Assembly (NCBI GenBank): GCA_951406725.2
Contig: OX597835.1
Span: 32,798,001 to 32,862,000, forward strand
DNA length: 64,000 nucleotides
Reading direction: 5' to 3'
Source: Octopus vulgaris
Taxonomy: Eukaryota
Part shown: one piece after another, positions 55,487 to 64,000 of the stretch
Position numbering within the stretch: the stretch's first letter is position 1
Layout: each line of letters begins with the position of its first letter
Notes under the pieces: generated by a model
The model's database searches: none
The model's input: only the letters and a program-made list of their open reading frames with translations
What the model was told of the DNA's origin: nothing
Program-made: the position numbers and the translations under genes

Positions 55487-55877
55487 GTATATATATTTGA
55501 TGCTTTACGCAATACACGTTCCGTCATGCAACAGTGATGTTTCTTCTCCGATATCTCTTTGAAGATTTTGAAAATAACCCAGATGGTGCTGTAATGTATT
55601 CATTTTTCTGATATTGATAACATCTAACAGAAGATGCTTCTTCTTCATTCACCTTTGGCGAATGCAGCTTTGACCAAAAGGGATTGATGTCAGACGGTAT
55701 CCAATGATCAATAGGTTTTTCTGACCCTAAACCGTAATAACGATCCCCCGTTGTTGGGTCAACTGAGGTGGCCTAATCACTGCTTGTCATCTCCTCCTGG
55801 ATTCCTGTTCAACTCATCTCTCTCTCTCTCTTTTCTCTCTCTCTCCCTCTGTCTCTCTCTCTTTCTTTTCTCTCTCT

Positions 55878-55921
<44 letters not shown>

Positions 55922-56809
55922 TCCATAACCAACCAGAGAATATTTCTGCTCTTTTTGCATCCCTGCGCTCATCTATCTTTTACTCTTTTCCTGTTATTCC
56001 AACAGCTGTAAGTATTCTCCATACTAAACAGTGTTACCAATATATTCTTTCATTAGAATTCCTCAGAACAGAAGCTATTTTTCTAATATATATGATATCG
56101 ATAATTGTCAAGGGAAAAATCATTCTAAGACCGTTTTCTGCTCATTTAACAGTTTGCCTTTCAAGTTCATTTTGCGTTGTATTTTTATTCGTACGTGCAG
56201 TTTCATTTTGTTATACACTATGCGTTTTGTTGTCTCAATTTTCTTAACCATATATAAGTATATATCCTACCACACTGATTTAAAACATGGCTACCGACGG
56301 TAAGACCTATCATTAGTGAATTGTTAAGAAGAGATACCTGGAATCTTTTTGTTGGAATTTGGATTAAAATTTAGAATTTATCGAAACTATTATTTGAAAT
56401 ATCTACGTCGAGATACTATTTGTAAAATGTAAAAGATTTAATTTTTTCCTAAGAAAATATATAGAGAAAAGGCCTCTCCTATTGAGGTATATCCAATATC
56501 GTCTTTATTGAGCTTAAATAACACCTGCAAGTAGTATGTTTTTTTTCCCATTTCTGAAAGGTTACATTTATAATGCATCTTCTTGTGGCAAAGATTTATC
56601 TTTCTGTCTTTGAAGTTCATGATATTTTATGAGAGGAATGGGGATTGTATTTATTCTTCTACTTAAATAAATGGATGTTGTATGCATATAAACTGATATG
56701 TGTCCTTTCTACACCATCTGTTCATTTTTCGTCAGTAACTTTTATACTAACGTTTCAACAGATACGTTAATTTATTTTTGTGATAACATCAGTGTATTTA
56801 CATTCATGT

Positions 56810-57420
56810 TCAGTTCTCTATGGAAAAGTACCGTGGAAATTGACTGAAAATTAGATGTGATGATACTCTGAAGGGACCAGTGAGTGAAGACTTGCACCCC
56901 CTACAATAATCTATGGTATTATAATCGGGAGAATTAGAAGATATTAAGGATGGTGAAGTCGTGGGAAATGTCTGAAAATCTCTTCTGACTCTTGGCAACA
57001 ATATGGCAAAGTGTCGCATCCTGCTTCCACACACGATCACCCGGTAGCAACTCTTCATAGCCAGGGTTCGACCACTTTCTCCAGCAGCTTCATACCGCCG
57101 TCTGAACTAAGCCTAAGGTCCGGTTCAAAGTTGCGAAACGGCATGACGTCACACTCAGCAAGTGCAAGCAAATTTCACCAGTTTGTGTGAAGTTGGTTTT
57201 CATGATGTACCTGTCACATCTTACAGCATTTCCAGTGTTCACAGAGCATTGAAAAGCGGTCATATCAGCATATTGATACGCAATCATATTGATCCCGGCA
57301 CCTCTTTTTCAATATGCACATAGCGAACTGACCTCCGCATGAGCTTACTTTTTCTCAACTACAGCTTAAATCTTCATGCTCTCCAACACCGTTGACTGTT
57401 CATAAATACATCTGTTTAGG
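56810..57420 (-). pseudogene. maT/DD37D (Tc1-mariner) transposase fragment
   Basis: MKTNF..DVMP..LRLSSDG..KLLEKVVEPWL*RVATG*SCVWKQDATLCH..NSPDYNTIDY. Confidence 0.75.
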
Positions 57421-57639
57421 ATAAGCATCCTGTTTATGTATACACATGTAATATAAGAAGGTGGGGCCTCTATGTCTCTTTATTTTATCTGGTACGTGTA
57501 GCTGAAATCATACCCAGTTTATTAAAAGACAATATAAAATAAGGATTCTGAGCAAAATCGGTTCGCTTTCTGTTGGAAAACAATTATTTTTATTGTGAAA
57601 TACAATATAGTATTGCTCAAAGATTTTTATCCGCAAAGT

Positions 57640-59175
<1,536 letters not shown>

Positions 59176-59473
59176 GTAAAAAATTGGGATGAGAAAGCAA
59201 TAAACCATTATGTTTTAAACTTCATTAGCTTATGAAGTTTACTGTATAATGGTTTACTCCTTTGTCATCCCAATTTACTGTAATCGCTCTTCACTCGACT
59301 GGCGCTTGGTACAGAACTATATGTAGATTCAATTCGAACATCGCAATGTCTAAGCGAAATATTAACACATGCACGCACACACACACACACGCACACACAT
59401 ACGAATATATAGTCATGTAACCACAAATGTGTTGGTGAGATTTTTTACCTTTTCTGCTCATCTTCCGTATTCC

Positions 59474-59506
59474 ATTCTGACGAAATGCTATGCTCGAAAC
59501 GTCAAA
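59474..59506 (+). ncRNA. Decayed minimal HHR motif
   Basis: att CTGACGA aatgctatgctc GAAACGTC aaa; the core is intact but the stems are weak. Confidence 0.45.
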
Positions 59507-59638
59507 AGCCTTCACTTTTCTCCCACACGTCCCGAGCGTAATTCCAATACAGTCTATGTGCACGAACTTCTATTGTTTTGTTATTGTTATTTCTAATGTT
59601 CGACTTGATTGTATATAGTCACTAACCCACAAGAATAA

Positions 59639-59685
<47 letters not shown>

Positions 59686-59687
<2 letters not shown>

Positions 59688-60119
59688 GGGCTACAAACTA
59701 CAATAGCATCCACCCTTAGGGGTTAGCCATATTCAAATGGCAAATATGCGTCACGATGTGTTACCGCTACTCTTTATAACTCGCTCTGAGATTTACCATT
59801 GTTTGATTTCACTTTTTGGCCGACTGGAATTCCAAGGGGAGTCAATCGACACTGGAAAAAGTATATGTATTTGTGAGGGAAACTGAATTCTCGTCGACAA
59901 CTATGATTGTCACACGCCGATGATAAGTAAATACCTTGAAACTCGAGTCCGTGTGTATCATAAGTTGAAGACGGGAAGGATGACTTCCCTTCACAAATAC
60001 TGATAGGGGACAGAAAGTGTGTCTATAGCCAGCTGGAGGAGGTATCTTCCTGGGGCTACAAACTACAGTAGCATCCACCCTAAGGGGTTAGCCATATTCA
60101 AATGGCAAATATGCGTCAC
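59686..60119 (+). mobile_element. Retrozyme-like HHR element, copy 3, with 69-bp terminal direct repeat (365-bp monomer)
   Basis: 59686-59754 is repeated at 60051-60119, flanked by (TA)n. HHR at 59911-59955: cacacg CCGATGA taag taaatac ctt GAAACTCGAGTC cgtgtg. Confidence 0.8.
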
Positions 60120-60293
60120 TATATATATATATATATATATATAATGGGTCTGTATGGTTGTGTATAGAGAGATATATATTATTCAAAGAAATACCAACTC
60201 TGCCTGTTTTTCATTATATATTTATGTTCTTTATAATATTAATGAAGAATATTTCTATATCTATGAAAGAGAAACATTTAGTAAGAGTACTTT

Positions 60294-60540
60294 AGAGTAA
60301 AGATTATTTGCCAACATACTGTGGCAATCCTGATTGGGACGAATGTTACTGTTATTTAGCCTCAGGTAACATCGTCTCCAGCTGGCTATCGACGCACTAT
60401 CTTCGTTCGAATATGTTCGAAAATATAAAGAAGCAGATGGTGCATCGGTAGCCAGCTGGAGAAATGTTTCCTAGAGCTAAATAACAGCAACATTCGTCCT
60501 AGTCAAGACTGCAACATTCTTGGCAAATAATCTTTACTCT
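60294..60540. repeat. About 245-bp fold-back built from the 3' part of the retrozyme-like family
   Basis: agagtaaagattatttgccaa / ttggcaaataatctttactct; shares tagccagctggag..ttcct.g.gcta with 60026-60058. Confidence 0.85.
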
Positions 60541-60582
60541 CTCCCCTCTATCTTTATAATATATATATATATATATATATAT

Positions 60583-61801
60583 ACACTAATGTAACACCTT
60601 AAACTTACAAATAAATTAATTTTAATATTGGGTAGGACCGCCTTTAGCAGTAATTACAGCTTGAATTCTACAAGAGATGGACTCGTACCAAGTTTGAATT
60701 GTTTCCAAAGGAATTTTTGTCCATTCTTCAGCTAAAACAATCACCAGTTCTTGTATTGATGATGGTGGAAGATATCGACTCCTTACTTGTTTTTCTAAAA
60801 TGCATATTGAGATCTGCGGATTGTGGTGGCCAGATAAGATATTCTACTTCACTAGAATGTTCCTCATGCCATTCAGTAACAACTTTAGCTGAAAGATTGC
60901 AATTCCCTCCAGAAACAGTTCCGCAACCTTAGGATGAATTTGACAAGATAAAATGCTGAAATAGTCTTGGCTATTAATTCTGCTATGAAAGGAAACCATT
61001 GGGATGGCGGATTTCCACGATATAGCCCACTCCAGATCATCACAGATCTTATTCGATGTTTACCAGTTGGAAGAAGGCAGTCTGGGTAAAATGCTTCATT
61101 TGGCTGTCTCCGCACGTAAACTCGGACGGTGGTCGGAAATAATGTAATGGAAGACTCGTCCAAGAAAATAACATTCTTCCACTGCACTAGGGACCAATTC
61201 TGTTGGTTTTTACTCCACTCTAAACGCTTTGCAAGGTTTGCTTTTGAAAGTAATATTTTTCTGATTGCAGCCCTCCCGGGAAATCCGGCTTTGGGCAGCT
61301 CTCGGCGAACAGTTTTTGTAGAAACTGGGTTCTAGAGGTGATCATTAAGCTCTGCAGTAATTTGAGAGCTGTACCTTTGTGATCCTTTCTAACAATTCGC
61401 ATAAGAATCCGACTGTCCCTATCTGAAAGTTTTAGTTTTCTTCCGGAGTTTCCTTTCGACGAAGTGGTTTTTCTCACTTTCTCAAAGGCTGTCATTACTT
61501 TCGAGACAGTACTTCTTGATACACCAAACATTTCGGCTGTTTTCGTTACGCTAGCGCCTGTCATACGAGCATCAACAATTTGACCTCTTTGAAAGTTCGC
61601 TAGATCTGTCATTTTAATGAACTTTAATTACCTTTTGCTGGTGATATTTGGAAAAACTGCAATTTTAGAAAAACATATTAAGCAACACTAACAATAAATA
61701 AAAAAAAACATAAAAATAAAGAAGTTTTTGACAGTTTTATAGATATTTTAAAATTATGATGCTATGATGCTAGGTGTTCCCATTATTTTGCCCAACCACT
61801 G
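60583..61801 (-). mobile_element. Tc1-family transposon, inactive (transposase remnant 60622-61612)
   Basis: MTDLANFQRGQIV..AEMFGVSRSTVS, WKNVIFLDESSI, SVMIW, IQAVITAKGGPTQY*. Right TIR reverse complement is cagtggttgggcaaaataatgggaacacc; the left TIR is partly deleted. TA flanks. Confidence 0.92.
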
Positions 61802-61808
61802 TATATGC

Positions 61809-61872
<64 letters not shown>

Positions 61873-62661
61873 GTGTGTGTGTGTGTGTATAACGGTTGAA
61901 TCAAAACAAATTGCACGATAAATAATAATTGTTTCGTACTCTCTGAATTCCTGTATATCTAAAGGCAAATTATCAAACTACAAGGAGTTTCATAGAAAAA
62001 ATACCCCGTTTACTTACACACACACACACGTGCGAGCGCGGTGTGTGTGCGTGCGCTTTGATATGTGTGTATGTAAAAATTTTACACATACACCTATACA
62101 AAATATCGTGTGCTTTACACCGCGTTTCCGCTCTCACTCTCGTTTTAACTCTGTATGTATGTATGTGTGTATGTATGTAAGTATGTATGTATGCATGTAT
62201 CTATCTAACTATCTATTTTTTGCGTGTGTATGGGTGGTTGTAAGTGCATATACATTCATAAATGCGTTCACTCATTCATAGAAACATACATATATGCATG
62301 CATGAATACATATTTTACACACGTACATTTATATACACGTATACATAACCATTTTGATTACTGGAATGAAACTTCACAAGTTATACCCAAAATAATTCTT
62401 TCCTACGTAGATTCAGATTTAATTGGAAGGTGTACTTGTCAGAGTGTGGAAAGTAGTAGGGAATAACGGCTATACATACATAGTGCATACATCCATGCAT
62501 ACATAAATACATATATGCATATATGCATATATACATACATGCGTGCTTACATAGACAGATACGTACATGGACACATACAATGCTATGCATTTATGTATGT
62601 TTGTATGCAGGTACAAATATACGAATACATATGTATAAATTTGTGGGATCATATATATATA

Positions 62662-62705
<44 letters not shown>

Positions 62706-62800
62706 TTACGTATATATGTATATATATATATATTTATTTATTTATATTTATGTATATATATATATATTTATAAATATATATTTATGTATATATGTATATA

Positions 62801-62833
<33 letters not shown>

Positions 62834-63388
62834 ACATATGCGTGTATGTATGCATAAATGTATCCATGGTACGATTGTTGGATGGATACATGTCTACAAA
62901 ATTACTTAACAAGAAAATAGTAATTCTCTCTCACAGGCTGGTACCACCTAATTAAATATGTTTGAATTCCTTGAAATATTTCTACATTTTCTTCAGACTA
63001 TTTGCTTTATGTGTGCAAATTGAAGAAATCTTCACATCTCTTATTGAAAATATACTCTTTATATTTTTTCCATATGTTTCCATTGGAATTCTAAAAGTAT
63101 ATTGCATTTGCTTACATGCCAAATCACTTCTGAGAATGATCTCACTCTTAAAGAAACGAATGTGTTATAGAATTTTCCTCGTAAATGATTACAACATCGC
63201 TTACTCACTCACTCTCTCTCTCTCTCTATCTATCTATCTACAGAAACAAATATATATATATATGTATATGCCCGTGCGTCTGAGTATTATATAAATATAT
63301 ATGAATATATAGGTATATGTATGAATGTGGGGGGTGTATCTGCATTTATATATATATATATACATAATAATTGAAGTGTAGATGTCAA

Positions 63389-63422
<34 letters not shown>

Positions 63423-63423
<1 letters not shown>

Positions 63424-64000
63424 TAGCAGAATTGCCCGGTGTTGCTCGGGGTTGAATTGCTTGAAAGTACTGTTAATGATTGCACTGAATTATGATGATT
63501 ATTCAGGCAAATATTGATATAAGTTTACGCTGGGAGATAAGGACTTAACGATCAAACGCGTGCCATTGCATTGTTTTGGGGGAACCAAATTTCTGATGAG
63601 CATTATAGGGGCACCGACTTTAAGTCTGAGAATGTGTGGTGTTAGTCCGGGGTGCTCAAAGGAATTGAGTACCTCTATTGGATAGTTGATGACGTCCTGT
63701 GGGTCAGGAGTTGTATTGATAGACTGATATACATGGACTTCCCCAGGAATGAGTTTTAGCATTTCATCATTAAGATGGTGAACAGTTTTATTCCTCGGGG
63801 CCAGTATAGCCTTTTGGCCAATCCAATCCATATTCTGATAATTAGCTTGCAGATCTTGGAACACTGCATCTCTGAGATCAGAAGGCGTCTTAACAATGGT
63901 ACAAATGGAATCGATGGCAATATTACCATTTTCATCCCCTGGTATTTTGCCTTCGCCAAGTGCAAGGAGGGTGTAAAGAAATGCTGCTGATGCTATATTA
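63423..64000 (-). mobile_element. Helitron 3' end with PIF1-like helicase fragment (continues beyond the window)
   Basis: AILAPRN, LRLKVGAPIMLIRNL..CNGTRL. Subterminal hairpin at 63435-63450 and terminal CTAG followed by T. Confidence 0.92.

Overview
AT-rich, microsatellite-saturated eukaryotic DNA made almost entirely of mobile elements. The SINE families and repeat landscape point to an octopus/coleoid cephalopod intergenic or intronic region (inference). I found no host protein-coding gene I could support, and most ORF-track entries are microsatellite artefacts. Retroelements: a young Neptune-type Penelope-like element (PLE) with an uninterrupted RT + GIY-YIG frame and an inverted 5' pseudo-LTR, a decayed Naiad-type PLE plus a second Naiad fragment, an ORF1-only (HAL1-like) non-LTR element with an 11-bp TSD, and RTE, Tx1/L1 and R4/Dong fragments. 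DNA transposons: two full-length dead mariners, a Tc1, a maT (DD37D) fragment and the 3' end of a Helitron. Three tRNA-derived SINE groups occur in many copies. The most notable signal is about 16 minimal type I hammerhead ribozyme (HHR) motifs. Several sit in small non-coding, retrozyme-like elements that share a covarying rod-plus-hairpin architecture, and the motifs include a recurrent CCGANGA (U4C) core and U3-A8 compensatory cores. Also present are several fold-back palindromes and a G-U-rich pre-miRNA-like hairpin. Coordinates were counted by eye, and boundaries of degenerate repeats are approximate.
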